From NCBI GenBank assembly GCA_028716245.1, contig JAQUQW010000002.1, forward strand, positions 229,346 to 293,345: a DNA stretch of 64,000 nucleotides, read 5' to 3'. The notes below the pieces were generated by a model that did not search any database, was not told the DNA's origin, and was given only the letters and a program-made list of their open reading frames with translations. A program made the position numbers and the translations under genes. Shown here one piece after another: positions 27,643 through 36,853 of the stretch. Position 1 is the first letter of the stretch. The number at the start of each line of letters is the position of its first letter. The DNA is from Candidatus Omnitrophota bacterium. GTDB lineage: Bacteria > Omnitrophota > Gorgyraeia > Gygaellales > Profunditerraquicolaceae.

Positions 27643-29242
27643 AGTTAAGTTCGCCTTTTGCCACCAGTTCCTTGGCCAGCCGGTCCATGAGGGGTTCTTC
27701 TTTTTTAAGCAGTTTGGTTACTTCTTCAAGGCAGGTATTTAATATATCTTGGACATCAGCATCAAGCTTGGCTTTAATATCTTCAGATATTTTATCAACA
27801 ATCTCCCAGTTGCCCAGGAACCCGCTTTTGCCCATACCGCAAACCCAGACCATATTGTGGGCATGGTGCATGGCGCTGGAGAAGTCTCCATATACGCCGC
27901 TGGTTGTCGCGTTATATTTAATTTTTTCAGCAGCGTAGGAACCCACGCTGATTTTTATTTTAGCCAGCAGGTCATTGGAATCTTCGATGAAAATATCTTC
28001 TCTTTCCGGGATCCAGGTTGCCCCGCCGGTTGGCCCGCGCGGAGTAATGGTAATTTTAAAGACATCTTTAGAAGGAGCGAGTATATAGGTGACGATGGCA
28101 TGTCCTGCTTCATGATAGGCGGTTTGCCATTTTTCCTTTTCGCTTAACCTAACCCGGCGTTTTATACCTAGGGCGATCCTTTCCCGCGCTTCGTCGATTT
28201 CTTTCATCGAAACCAATGGATTTTGATTGCGCACGGTAATTAAGGCTGCTTCGTGCACGATGTTGGCGATATCTGCCGGGCTCTGGCCCACAGTAATCCG
28301 CGCCAGCCGGTCAATTTTTACATCCTGGGCGTTATATTTTATGTTCCTCAGGTAATAGGCAAAAAGTTTAGCGCGGTCCTCAAGGTTTGGTTTATCCACG
28401 ATGATCTTGCGGTCAAACCTTCCCGGCCTAAGCAGCGCCGGGTCAAGGTAGGTTTCCAGGGCGTTGGTAGCGCCGATTAAAATAATATTATAATCTTTAT
28501 CTTTTAGGCCATCCATTTCCACCAGCAGTTGGTTTAAAGTAGTATTATGTTCGGTAGTCCCGCCAAACCCGCGGTCCATAGAGCGCTGCGCGCCGATGGC
28601 ATCGATTTCATCGATAAAAATGATACAGCCGCCTTCAAGCTCGGCCAGCTGCTGGGCCCTTTTAAAAAGAGAACGCACGCGGCCGGCGCCTACGCCGACA
28701 AACATTTCCACAAATTCCGAACCGGACATGGAAATAAAAGGAAGCTTTGTTTCCGTGGCGATTGCCTTGGCCAGGTAAGTTTTTCCGCAGCCCGGGGGCC
28801 CCAGCATAAGGATGCCTTTTAGGATTTTTCCTCCGATACGCTGGAGGCTGACGCGGTCGGTAATCAGCTTAACCACTTCCAGGGCTTCTTGTTTGGCTTC
28901 ATCCATTCCGATAACATCATTCCAGGTAATGCCGATATTGGCTCCGGCAACGGATTTTTTGCTGGTTTGGGAAAATGAAGAAGCCCCGCGTTTAAAATAG
29001 AGCCAATACATTAAATACGTGTAAACAAAGCCGAAGATCAGGGCCATGATAATTTGCAAGTATAACTGCAGCGGGATCATCGCTAGCTGTGATTGCCTCA
29101 GGTAGGATTCGGATTCATTCCAGGCGCGCAGCCCGATAACCACAAGGCTAACCAAAGATATGGTTAGGGCGGCCAGGAAACCAAAAAGTACGGCTTTTAA
29201 CCAATGCAGCTTTACGTAAAATCTAAGTTTTTTCCAATTCAT
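27593..29242 (-). CDS. ftsH: FtsH-like AAA+ zinc metalloprotease (short, lacks large periplasmic domain)
   Basis: Walker A GPPGCGKTYLAKAIA, Walker B IIFIDEIDAIG, HEAGHAIV HEXXH zinc site. Confidence 0.85.
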   Translation of the reverse strand: MNWKKLRFYVKLHWLKAVLFGFLAALTISLVSLVVIGLRAWNESESYLRQSQLAMIPLQLYLQIIMALIFGFVYTYLMYWLYFKRGASSFSQTSKKSVAGANIGITWNDVIGMDEAKQEALEVVKLITDRVSLQRIGGKILKGILMLGPPGCGKTYLAKAIATETKLPFISMSGSEFVEMFVGVGAGRVRSLFKRAQQLAELEGGCIIFIDEIDAIGAQRSMDRGFGGTTEHNTTLNQLLVEMDGLKDKDYNIILIGATNALETYLDPALLRPGRFDRKIIVDKPNLEDRAKLFAYYLRNIKYNAQDVKIDRLARITVGQSPADIANIVHEAALITVRNQNPLVSMKEIDEARERIALGIKRRVRLSEKEKWQTAYHEAGHAIVTYILAPSKDVFKITITPRGPTGGATWIPEREDIFIEDSNDLLAKIKISVGSYAAEKIKYNATTSGVYGDFSSAMHHAHNMVWVCGMGKSGFLGNWEIVDKISEDIKAKLDADVQDILNTCLEEVTKLLKKEEPLMDRLAKELVAKGELNYDEIEAIFKEFGKSRP

Positions 29243-29292
29243 AATCGCTCCATTTTTTGATACGAGTACTTAAAAAATAACATATCCGCTAC

Positions 29293-29320
29293 CTTAAGTC
29301 AAACCTTTTCTTGACTTAAG
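29293..29320. promoter_or_regulatory. perfect 10-bp inverted repeat CTTAAGTCAA-N8-TTGACTTAAG overlapping the eno -35 box (candidate operator)
   Basis: Read directly from sequence in the ftsH/eno divergent intergenic region. Confidence 0.5.
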
Positions 29321-29338
29321 AATTTTTGAAGGTATAAT
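29311..29338 (+). promoter_or_regulatory. consensus sigma70 promoter for eno (TTGACT-16-TATAAT)
   Basis: TTGACT ~29311-29316, TATAAT ~29333-29338, 48 nt upstream of the eno ATG. Confidence 0.6.
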
Positions 29339-29386
29339 TATTGAGTTGTTAAATTTTCTAAAACTTATTGTTAAGGAGAAACTAGC

Positions 29387-30652
29387 ATGGCAAAGATCAA
29401 AAAAGTTCTGGCACGGCAAATCCTGGATTCGCGCGGTAATCCCACGGTTGAGGTAGATTGCCTTCTGACAAACGGTATTTTAGGCCGCGCCGCGGTTCCC
29501 TCCGGAGCTTCTACCGGAGATAATGAGGCTTTGGAATTAAGGGATAATGATAAGACCAGGTATTTAGGTAAGGGGGTATTAAAAGCAGTTGCTAATGTGA
29601 ATACCATAATCAATCCCGCGATCAAAGGCCAGACAGCGGATTTTGCCAAGATCGATAAGCTTTTGATTAAACTGGATGGTACGGAATTTAAATCCAAACT
29701 CGGAGCAAATGCCATTCTAGGGGTTTCTATGGCAGTGGCTAAGGCCGCCGCGCTTGCTAAGAAGCAGCCTCTTTATAGATTTTTAGGCAAAGATAAGGCA
29801 AAAATCTTACCGATCCCGTTAATGAACATTTTAAACGGCGGTATGCACGCTGATAACAACCTGGATATCCAGGAGTTCATGATTATGCCCCAAGGCGCTC
29901 CCACTTTTTCCGATGCCCTGCGCCTGGCAACCGAGGTTTTTCATAATCTAAAATCAATCCTTAAATCTAAAAAACTTTCCACATCCGTCGGAGATGAGGG
30001 CGGTTTTGCTCCCAGCCTTAATTCCAATGAAGAGGCGTTAAGCTTAATCATCGAGGCGATAAAAAAAGCCGGGTATGTCCCCGGCCGCGATATTTCTTTA
30101 GCCTTGGATTGCGCTGCCAGTTCTTTCTGCAAAGACGGCAAATATACCTTTGAAGGCTCGGTGAAAACTTCCGCGGATTTAATCGCTATTTATGAAGGAT
30201 GGCTTTTGAAATACCCTATTTTGTCTATCGAAGACGGGCTCTCCGAGCATGATTGGAGCGGCTGGCAGGAGATGACCAAAAGAATCGGCGCTAAAGTACA
30301 GCTGGTGGGGGATGATATTTTTGTGACTAATCCCAAGATATTCAAAAAAGGGATTGCGGAAAATATAGGCAATGCTATACTGATTAAGGTTAATCAGATT
30401 GGCACGCTTTCGGAAACGCTTGAGACAATCGCGATTGCCAAAAAGAATAAATATAACGCTATAATTTCGCATCGTTCCGGCGAGACCGAAGACACAACTA
30501 TCGCCCAGCTGGCGGTAGCCACCGGCGTGGGCCAGATAAAAACCGGTTCTTTGTCCCGCACCGACAGGATCTGTAAATATAACGAGCTCTTAAGGATTGA
30601 AGAGGAGCTGGGTAAAAAAGCAATTTACGCGGGGAAGACTTGGAAGAGATAA
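29387..30652 (+). CDS. eno: enolase
   Basis: 421 aa; full-length match to enolase incl. SHRSGETED and IKVNQIGT motifs. Confidence 0.95.
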   Translation: MAKIKKVLARQILDSRGNPTVEVDCLLTNGILGRAAVPSGASTGDNEALELRDNDKTRYLGKGVLKAVANVNTIINPAIKGQTADFAKIDKLLIKLDGTEFKSKLGANAILGVSMAVAKAAALAKKQPLYRFLGKDKAKILPIPLMNILNGGMHADNNLDIQEFMIMPQGAPTFSDALRLATEVFHNLKSILKSKKLSTSVGDEGGFAPSLNSNEEALSLIIEAIKKAGYVPGRDISLALDCAASSFCKDGKYTFEGSVKTSADLIAIYEGWLLKYPILSIEDGLSEHDWSGWQEMTKRIGAKVQLVGDDIFVTNPKIFKKGIAENIGNAILIKVNQIGTLSETLETIAIAKKNKYNAIISHRSGETEDTTIAQLAVATGVGQIKTGSLSRTDRICKYNELLRIEEELGKKAIYAGKTWKR

Positions 30653-30934
30653 ATGCTCTCCACGCTGAGAAGGTCATTTTGGCTTTTTGGGTTCGCAGTT
30701 TTGCTGCTGGTTTTATTCCTGCCGGGTTATACAAAGCTGCAGGAATCAAGGATTAAGAATCGCAAGCTGGAAGAGAATTTCCGCAAGATGGCAGTTGAAA
30801 ACTACCTTTTGCAGGAAGAGCTCAAGCGGATTGAAAATGATCCGGTTTATCAGGAAAAGATCGCCCGGGATAAGATGGGCGTGGTAAGAAAAGGGGAGAT
30901 CCCGATTAAGATCTTCTCCGAGAAGAAAAGATAA
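30653..30934 (+). CDS. ftsB: cell division protein FtsB/DivIC (septum formation initiator)
   Basis: 93 aa, N-terminal TM + coiled-coil LQEELKRIENDPVYQEKIARDKMGVVRKGE. Confidence 0.7.
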   Translation: MLSTLRRSFWLFGFAVLLLVLFLPGYTKLQESRIKNRKLEENFRKMAVENYLLQEELKRIENDPVYQEKIARDKMGVVRKGEIPIKIFSEKKR

Positions 30935-30990
30935 AGTCTCGCTTTTTTAAAGCGATCAATGGTATAATATAGTTGTTCTTTAAAAAGTTT

Positions 30991-31287
30991 CGCGGGGTGG
31001 AGCAGCCTGGTAGCTCGCAAGGCTCAATTTTGGGCTCTTCAGCCGGTAACGGTTGAAGGATAACCTGTCAAATTCGGTGAAGCCTTAATTTGCAAAGGTA
31101 ATACCGAGCCAAGTTCGCCAATATTTGTGGTGAAAAGGTGTAGAGACTAAACGGCAGGGGCCCGCCATAGGATTTTGGCGGGTCAAGATATAGTCCAGAC
31201 TACGAATCCACTATTTGTGGAGCAGCGTAAGCTGAAGTAGCAAGCATAACCTTGAGGTCGTCCGTTCAAATCGGGCCCCCGCAACCA
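30991..31287 (+). tRNA. initiator-type tRNA-Met (anticodon CAU) interrupted by a group I intron in the anticodon loop; exons ~30991-31024 and ~31245-31287 (77 nt incl. CCA)
   Basis: Exons spliced in silico give CGCGGGGTGGAGCAGCCTGGTAGCTCGCAAGGCT|CATAACCTTGAGGTCGTCCGTTCAAATCGGGCCCCCGCAACCA, near-identical to canonical bacterial tRNA-fMet (C1:A72 mismatch, A11:U24). Confidence 0.85.
31025..31244 (+). ncRNA. group I self-splicing intron (IC3-like, Azoarcus/Anabaena tRNA-intron type)
   Basis: Contains GUGUAGAGACUAAACGGCAGGGG (P7 5'/J7-3/P3) and CAAGAUAUAGUCCAGAC (P7 3') core elements and GUCAAAUUCGG...CCGAGCCAAG segments matching the Azoarcus tRNA-Ile intron; terminal G before exon 2; P1 with U.G wobble can be drawn. 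Confidence 0.8.
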
Positions 31288-31290
31288 ACT

Positions 31291-31320
31291 AAACCCGCTT
31301 TAAAGAGCGGGTTTTTTTGT
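31291..31320 (+). terminator. rho-independent terminator after tRNA-fMet
   Basis: AAACCCGCTTTAAAGAGCGGGTTTTTTTGT. Confidence 0.75.
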
Positions 31321-31357
31321 TATTATTTTTTAAATGAAGATGGTATAATTAAAACCT

Positions 31358-32215
31358 ATGAGCCCGCAGAGAATCTTAAAAACAAAAATCGGAGAGATGT
31401 TAATCGAGCGCGGTTTGATATCCAAAGAACAGCTGTCTACGGCATTAGCGCAGCAGAGAGAAAAAGGCGGCTACCTCAGTCAGCATCTTATAGCGTTAGG
31501 TTTTGTAAGCGAGGTACATATAGCTGAGTGCCTTGCCAGCCAATATGGTTTTGCGTATCTGCCCTTAGACAGGTATCAGATTTCCCCCCAAACGTTAAAA
31601 ATTATACCATTTAAATTAATTAATATTTATTCACTCCTTCCGATAGAGAAAGCAGGGAATTCTTTAGATGTAGTTATGGCTGACCCGTTGAATGAAGGTG
31701 TTATCGATATGCTTAAACATATCAGCGGCTGCGATATCGAAGTTTTTATCAGCACATACAGCCAGATAAGGCAGGCAATAGATACTTATTTTCATGCTGA
31801 AATGCAAGATACCAGCCTGGGCAGGCTTGATGCGGTGGAATTGATCAAGGAGGATATGCTTGAGTCATTCATCCAGGTTAAAGATTACGGCAGTGGCAGG
31901 GAAAAGAGGAGATATAAGAGGAAGGATGTAGACCTGGATATGGTCTATTTCTTGCAAAACAAAAGTTATAAAGCAAAAATAAAAAATATCAGCTACGGCG
32001 GGCTTTTGTTTACCTGCGAATTATTTATACCTATAGAAAAAAATATCTACACAAATATTGTCTGTAGGATCCTTACGCAGAATGTGGATATCAGCGCCGT
32101 AGTCCAGGTGATCAGGGTGGAAAAAACAGGGGAAACCCAGTATAGCATCGCAGGTTTTTTTAATTTCATCACCGATGACGACAGGATGAAACTTACATTA
32201 TTGCTGCAGCAGTAA
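31358..32215 (+). CDS. c-di-GMP receptor candidate: MshEN/T2SSE_N-like N-domain + C-terminal PilZ domain
   Basis: Two 24-res MshEN-type motifs (KIGEMLIERGLISKEQLSTALAQQ; LSQHLIALGFVSEVHIAECLASQ); C-term RRYKRK...KIKNISYGGLLF matches PilZ RxxxR...D/NxSxxG. Confidence 0.65.
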   Translation: MSPQRILKTKIGEMLIERGLISKEQLSTALAQQREKGGYLSQHLIALGFVSEVHIAECLASQYGFAYLPLDRYQISPQTLKIIPFKLINIYSLLPIEKAGNSLDVVMADPLNEGVIDMLKHISGCDIEVFISTYSQIRQAIDTYFHAEMQDTSLGRLDAVELIKEDMLESFIQVKDYGSGREKRRYKRKDVDLDMVYFLQNKSYKAKIKNISYGGLLFTCELFIPIEKNIYTNIVCRILTQNVDISAVVQVIRVEKTGETQYSIAGFFNFITDDDRMKLTLLLQQ

Positions 32216-32317
32216 ATAAACATTCCTTTACTGCCTTTTAATATTAGTGATATAATTTGGTTAAAGTTATCCGGGCTTTTTTATGGAATTAACAGGAGGC
32301 CTGACAGGCTTTTTGAA

Positions 32318-32731
32318 ATGATTAATAGAAGGAATTATGTACGTTATATTATGGAGGTAAAGGTATCTGTTAAGAGTGAAGGAGACGCTTCCAAAACCAT
32401 GGTCGGAGAGGTATTGGATCTTAGCTCTATAGGATGGGGGGCCATTTTTAAAGAAAGTATTGCCATAAATACCATTATTCAGTTTGATTTAACCTCAAAT
32501 TTTTTAGATGAGCATCTGGAAGGCAAGGCTAAAATCGTCCACGTGAGCCAGCAGAGAGAATCCGGCGGTAAAGGTTTCAGGATAGGCGTGGAGTTTATCC
32601 AAGTCGATAAAGGGATTGTTTCCAGATTTATCAGCGAGAAACAAAGAATAGCCCGGCAGGAGCAAATAAGGGTACTGGAGGTAGAAAGAAAAAAGCAGCA
32701 ATCGCAAGGTTCAGATATCGGGCCTTTCTAG
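32318..32731 (+). CDS. PilZ-domain protein
   Basis: RRNYVRY (RxxxR) and VLDLSSIGWGAIF (DxSxxG) motifs; 137 aa. Confidence 0.7.
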   Translation: MINRRNYVRYIMEVKVSVKSEGDASKTMVGEVLDLSSIGWGAIFKESIAINTIIQFDLTSNFLDEHLEGKAKIVHVSQQRESGGKGFRIGVEFIQVDKGIVSRFISEKQRIARQEQIRVLEVERKKQQSQGSDIGPF

Positions 32732-32778
32732 CTGCGGGTAGCATATAAATAAAAGAATCGCTTAGCAGGGAGAGAAGG

Positions 32779-33081
32779 ATGAGAAAAGCCCTTGTTTTAT
32801 TGTGTTTAGGATTAATCGGATGCGCAACATCTGCAAAGGAAACGCCGGTAGTTCCGGTATTTAGTGAAATGGAGATGGATAAGATTATTTCCACTTTTAG
32901 CGAAACAATAAAAAACAATCCCAACTATACCGGGGCTTATTACAACAGAGCAATGGCTTATTTTCATAAAAATAACTATGCGCAATGCTGGCAGGATGTC
33001 CACAAAGCAGAATCATTGGGTTTGAAATTTAGCGCTAATTTTCTAGCATCATTGAGAAAATCTTCGGGAAGGCAAGAGTAA
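32779..33081 (+). CDS. small TPR-like lipoprotein
   Basis: Lipobox LIGCAT; YYNRAMAYFHKNNYAQCWQDVHKAESLG TPR-like helix pair. Confidence 0.5.
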   Translation: MRKALVLLCLGLIGCATSAKETPVVPVFSEMEMDKIISTFSETIKNNPNYTGAYYNRAMAYFHKNNYAQCWQDVHKAESLGLKFSANFLASLRKSSGRQE

Positions 33082-33090
33082 ATCCCTCCG

Positions 33091-35784
33091 ATGGACGTAG
33101 ACAAGCCGAAAGAAGCAATGAGAAAGAATAATTTATATATATTTACGGATGAAGCGGGTAGTTTTAAGTCATTCTCCGCGGATAAGCTAAAAAGCCTGTA
33201 TTTGCCGCTTTGTAACCAAGTTTTAATGTCATCCATTTCTCCGGATTTACACGGAGATATAAAAAGCGGCCAGAACAGCTTTCTGCTTGAACCGGTTTCT
33301 CGGATCAACCTTTCTCTCTCCAGGGCCTCAAGGAATTTTTGGGTCTATATCAATCAAGATAAAATCTGGTCGGCTACCGGTGTTTCTAAAAACCAAAAGC
33401 AGCTCCAGCAGGATAAATTTTGGCTGGAGGCCGGCCAGCTTTGGCAGCGGATCAGCCGGGAAAATAAAAATATCGGATTAAAATCCTCAATTTTGTCTTT
33501 TGTACCCGCAGGCCCTGATGCGCTGGAGGTAATGCAGGTTACCCTTACCAATATCAGCAAAAAAAAGATCAGCTTTATTCCTTACGCGGCGATACCTTTA
33601 TACTGCCGCAGTGCCGATAATTTACGGGATCACCGGCATGTAACTTCGCTGCTTACCAGAATTAAAGAAGAGAAGTATGGGATTAAAGTCAAGCCAACAT
33701 TGCTTTTTGATGAATCCGGCCATAAGCCGAATCATACGGTTTATTTTGCGGCCGCTTGCGATAATCAGGAAAGACCGCCGCGGTATATTTACCCTACTCA
33801 GGAGAGCTTCTGCGGCGAGTCCGGGGACCTGGAAGCTCCGGAAGCTGTTTTTAAAAACAAGCTTCCTCGGAAAATATCGATTCAAGGTAGAGAGCCGATG
33901 GCCGCACTGCGTTTTACCGAAGTCACTTTGTCTCCCGGAGCCCAGGCAACTTACATTATTGTTATGGGGCTCAGCCAGAAGGACTCTAATCTAAGCTCCC
34001 TGATAAAAAAATTTGGCCAAAGCGCCAAAGTAGCCGCGCATTTTGAAAAAACTAAAAATTTCTGGCAGGGGCAGTCCAAGCTCCTGGATATTTCCAGCGG
34101 CAATAAACATTTCGACAATTGGTTGCGCTGGGTAAATATTCAGCCGGTGTTGCGAAAAATATTCGGCTGTTCATTTTTGCCGGATTTTGATTATGGAAAA
34201 GGCGGCCGGGGATGGCGCGACCTCTGGCAGGATTGCCTGGGGCTTATTTTAAATAACCCGCAGTCAGTGCGGCAGCTTTTAATCGATAATTTTTACGGGG
34301 TCAAGATCGATGGCTCTAACGCCACGATTATCGGCAAAAAACCGGGTGAGTTCATCGCCGACCGTAATAATATCAGCCGGGTGTGGATGGACCACGGAGT
34401 CTGGCCTTTGCTCACCCTGGATCTGTACATTCAGGAAACCGGGGACCTGGGAATCCTATTCGAATACGCGGCTTATTTCAGGAACCATCAAATAAACCGC
34501 GGCCGGGATATCGATTACCAATGGAACGCCTCCTATGGTCAACAACTAAAGACAAAATCCGGGAAAATTTATCAGGGTACTATTTTAGAGCATTTGCTGG
34601 TGCAGAACCTGGCGCAGTTTTATAATGTCGGCGCGCACAACCATGTCCGGTTGGAAGGCGCGGATTGGAATGACGGCCTGGATATGGCCAAAGAGAACGG
34701 AGAAAGCGCGGTCTTTTCTTCGATGTACGCGCAGAATCTTTCGACTTTAGCGCGACTGGCGCTTAAATGCGGCGCAAAAAGCCTGGAGGTTGCCGAAGAG
34801 TTAAAAATTTTATTTACTGATTTTGATTATCAAAACATAGCGCAGAAACACAAGATACTGGAAAAATATTTTTCTAAAACTAAAGAAAATATTTCCGGCA
34901 AAAAAATCCGCCTGGAGGCGGTTGTATTGAGCCGCCTCTTAAACAAAAAATCCCTTTGGATGAGGAAACATATTCAGAAGAGCGAGTGGTTGAAAGAAGG
35001 GTTTTTTAACGGATATTACGATAATTGTAAAAGGAAGGTGGATGGTAAAAGAGGAAATCTCTTGCGGATGACTTTGACCTCCCAGGTGTTCCCGATTATG
35101 AGCGGCGTAGCCAGCCCCGGGCAGATCAAGAAAATTTTAGCCAATGTTTACCGGTATTTATATGATGAACCTGTTGGGGGAATTCGTTTGAATACCGATT
35201 TTAAGAAAGAGCAGCATGATTTAGGCCGGGCATTTTCTTTTGCTTACGGAGATAAGGAAAATGGCGCGGTGTTTAGCCATATGGTAGTGATGTTTGCCTA
35301 TGCCTTATATAAACAGAGTTATTCTCAAGAAGGATGGAGGGTTTTAAGTTCGCTATATAAAATGGCAGCCAATACCGCACGCAGCAAGATCTATCCCTGT
35401 CTGCCGGAATATTTTGACCTTAGCGGCCGGGGGATGTACAGCTATCTTACCGGTTCAGCCAGTTGGTTTATGCTTACTTTACTTACCCAGTCATTTGGAA
35501 TCAGGGGGTTTGATGGGGATCTGCTTATTGAACCAAAGCTTTCCGCTGAACAATTTAAATCCGTTGATAAATTAAGCATCAGCCGTGTTTTTGCCGCAAG
35601 AAAGCTAAAAATAGTTTTCCTGAATCCTAAACGCCTGGGAGCGGGGAAATACCGCATCAAGCGTTTCCTGCTCAACGCGGAACAGTTACCGATCGAAGAA
35701 ACCAGCCGGATAGTTGTGTCCAGAGAAGTTATTACCAGCTTACCGAAAGAAAAGCTTAATATAATTCAAGTACATCTAGGTTAA
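33091..35784 (+). CDS. large (alpha/alpha)6-barrel glycoside hydrolase/phosphorylase-like protein (GH94/GH15-related?)
   Basis: 897 aa; general similarity to six-hairpin glycosidase superfamily; family assignment uncertain without search. Confidence 0.45.
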   Translation: MDVDKPKEAMRKNNLYIFTDEAGSFKSFSADKLKSLYLPLCNQVLMSSISPDLHGDIKSGQNSFLLEPVSRINLSLSRASRNFWVYINQDKIWSATGVSKNQKQLQQDKFWLEAGQLWQRISRENKNIGLKSSILSFVPAGPDALEVMQVTLTNISKKKISFIPYAAIPLYCRSADNLRDHRHVTSLLTRIKEEKYGIKVKPTLLFDESGHKPNHTVYFAAACDNQERPPRYIYPTQESFCGESGDLEAPEAVFKNKLPRKISIQGREPMAALRFTEVTLSPGAQATYIIVMGLSQKDSNLSSLIKKFGQSAKVAAHFEKTKNFWQGQSKLLDISSGNKHFDNWLRWVNIQPVLRKIFGCSFLPDFDYGKGGRGWRDLWQDCLGLILNNPQSVRQLLIDNFYGVKIDGSNATIIGKKPGEFIADRNNISRVWMDHGVWPLLTLDLYIQETGDLGILFEYAAYFRNHQINRGRDIDYQWNASYGQQLKTKSGKIYQGTILEHLLVQNLAQFYNVGAHNHVRLEGADWNDGLDMAKENGESAVFSSMYAQNLSTLARLALKCGAKSLEVAEELKILFTDFDYQNIAQKHKILEKYFSKTKENISGKKIRLEAVVLSRLLNKKSLWMRKHIQKSEWLKEGFFNGYYDNCKRKVDGKRGNLLRMTLTSQVFPIMSGVASPGQIKKILANVYRYLYDEPVGGIRLNTDFKKEQHDLGRAFSFAYGDKENGAVFSHMVVMFAYALYKQSYSQEGWRVLSSLYKMAANTARSKIYPCLPEYFDLSGRGMYSYLTGSASWFMLTLLTQSFGIRGFDGDLLIEPKLSAEQFKSVDKLSISRVFAARKLKIVFLNPKRLGAGKYRIKRFLLNAEQLPIEETSRIVVSREVITSLPKEKLNIIQVHLG

Positions 35785-35791
35785 TATGTAC

Positions 35792-35858
35792 GCGGGTCCT
35801 GCCGATGACTGTTTTTCGGCCACCTGAAGTGGCCGCAAATCCAGTCATCGTCACCCGC
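35792..35858 (+). repeat. ~67-nt nested stem-loop element (unexplained)
   Basis: GCGGGTCCTGCCGATGACTG-TTTTT-CGGCCAC-CTGAA-GTGGCCG-CAAATC-CAGTCATCGTCACCCGC; three stacked helices totalling ~21 bp, no U-tract. Confidence 0.5.
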
Positions 35859-35886
35859 TAATGGTATCCTGATACAATATTTTTGC

Positions 35887-35915
35887 TTTACAAGATATGC
35901 TAATGCCGTTATAAT
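35887..35915 (+). promoter_or_regulatory. putative sigma70 promoter for hisG (TTTACA-17-TATAAT)
   Basis: TTTACA ~35887-35892; TATAAT ~35910-35915. Confidence 0.5.
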
Positions 35916-35950
35916 GTTTTCCGTTATCAATTTATTAAAAAGGAAAATAG

Positions 35951-36835
35951 ATGAAAAATAAAGTCTTAAAATTGGGTTTACCTAAGGGCAGCCTTCAGGA
36001 ATCTACTTTTAGGATGCTCAAGAAGGCCGGATTTAACGTCAACCTTCCCAGTTCGCGTTCTTATATCCCGTCGATAGATGATGTCGAAATCCAGGCAACT
36101 TTACTGCGGGCACAGGAGATGTCGCGCTATGTCCAGGACGGAGCTCTTGATTGCGGGATTACCGGCAACGACTGGATTCTTGAGAATAAATCCGATGTCG
36201 TCAGGATCGCGGATTTAACTTATTCCAAACAGAGCTTAAATAAAGTCCGGTGGGTTTTAGCCGTGCCGCAGGATTCCGGGATAAAAAAAGTCAAAGATTT
36301 AAACGGAAAGCGGGTGGCAACCGAATTGGTCAATGTCGCCAAAGATTATTTCCGGAAAAATAAAGTTAAAGTAGAGGTGGAGTTTAGCTGGGGGGCAACG
36401 GAGGTCAAGGTCAGCGCGGGTTTAGTTGATGCCATCGTTGAACTTACCGAAACCGGCAGTTCCCTGAGAGCCAATAAATTAATCGAGATTGCCACCCTTT
36501 GCGAATCGATCACCCAGTTTATCGCCAATAAGAGCGCTTACCAGGACAGTTGGAAGAAGGCCAAAATGGAACAGATTGCCCTGCTTTTAAAAGGGGCAAT
36601 TGCCGCTGAAGAAAAAGTCGGCTTAAAGATGAATGTAAAAAAAGAAAATCTTAAAGCAGTCTTAGCCAGGCTTCCGGCATTAAAAAAACCCACAATTTCC
36701 GGCTTAAGTGATGACGGTTGGTTTGCCATCGAGACAATTATCGACGAGAAAGTTGTCCGGGTGCTTATTCCCGCGTTAAAAGCGGCGGGTGCCTGCGGGA
36801 TCATTGAATATCCGTTGAATAAGGTTATTTACTAA
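35951..36835 (+). CDS. hisG: ATP phosphoribosyltransferase (long form)
   Basis: 294 aa; [24 protein letters not shown]-term and C-terminal regulatory domain. Confidence 0.85.
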   Translation: MKNKVLKLGLPKGSLQESTFRMLKKAGFNVNLPSSRSYIPSIDDVEIQATLLRAQEMSRYVQDGALDCGITGNDWILENKSDVVRIADLTYSKQSLNKVRWVLAVPQDSGIKKVKDLNGKRVATELVNVAKDYFRKNKVKVEVEFSWGATEVKVSAGLVDAIVELTETGSSLRANKLIEIATLCESITQFIANKSAYQDSWKKAKMEQIALLLKGAIAAEEKVGLKMNVKKENLKAVLARLPALKKPTISGLSDDGWFAIETIIDEKVVRVLIPALKAAGACGIIEYPLNKVIY

Positions 36836-36853
36836 TCATAAGGAGATGTAGTT

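Noticed and set aside
30991-31290. First impression of a tmRNA (ssrA) because of the GGGG... start, tRNA-like ends and ~300 nt length
   Set aside because: No tag-peptide ORF or pseudoknot series. The two ends splice together into a perfect 77-nt tRNA-fMet, and the interior has the group I intron P7/P3 core. An intron-containing tRNA explains everything.
31252-31527. 91-aa ORF spanning the tRNA-fMet 3' exon, terminator and the start of the MshEN-PilZ gene
   Set aside because: It crosses a tRNA and a strong terminator. The in-frame downstream gene has its own leaderless -10/ATG.
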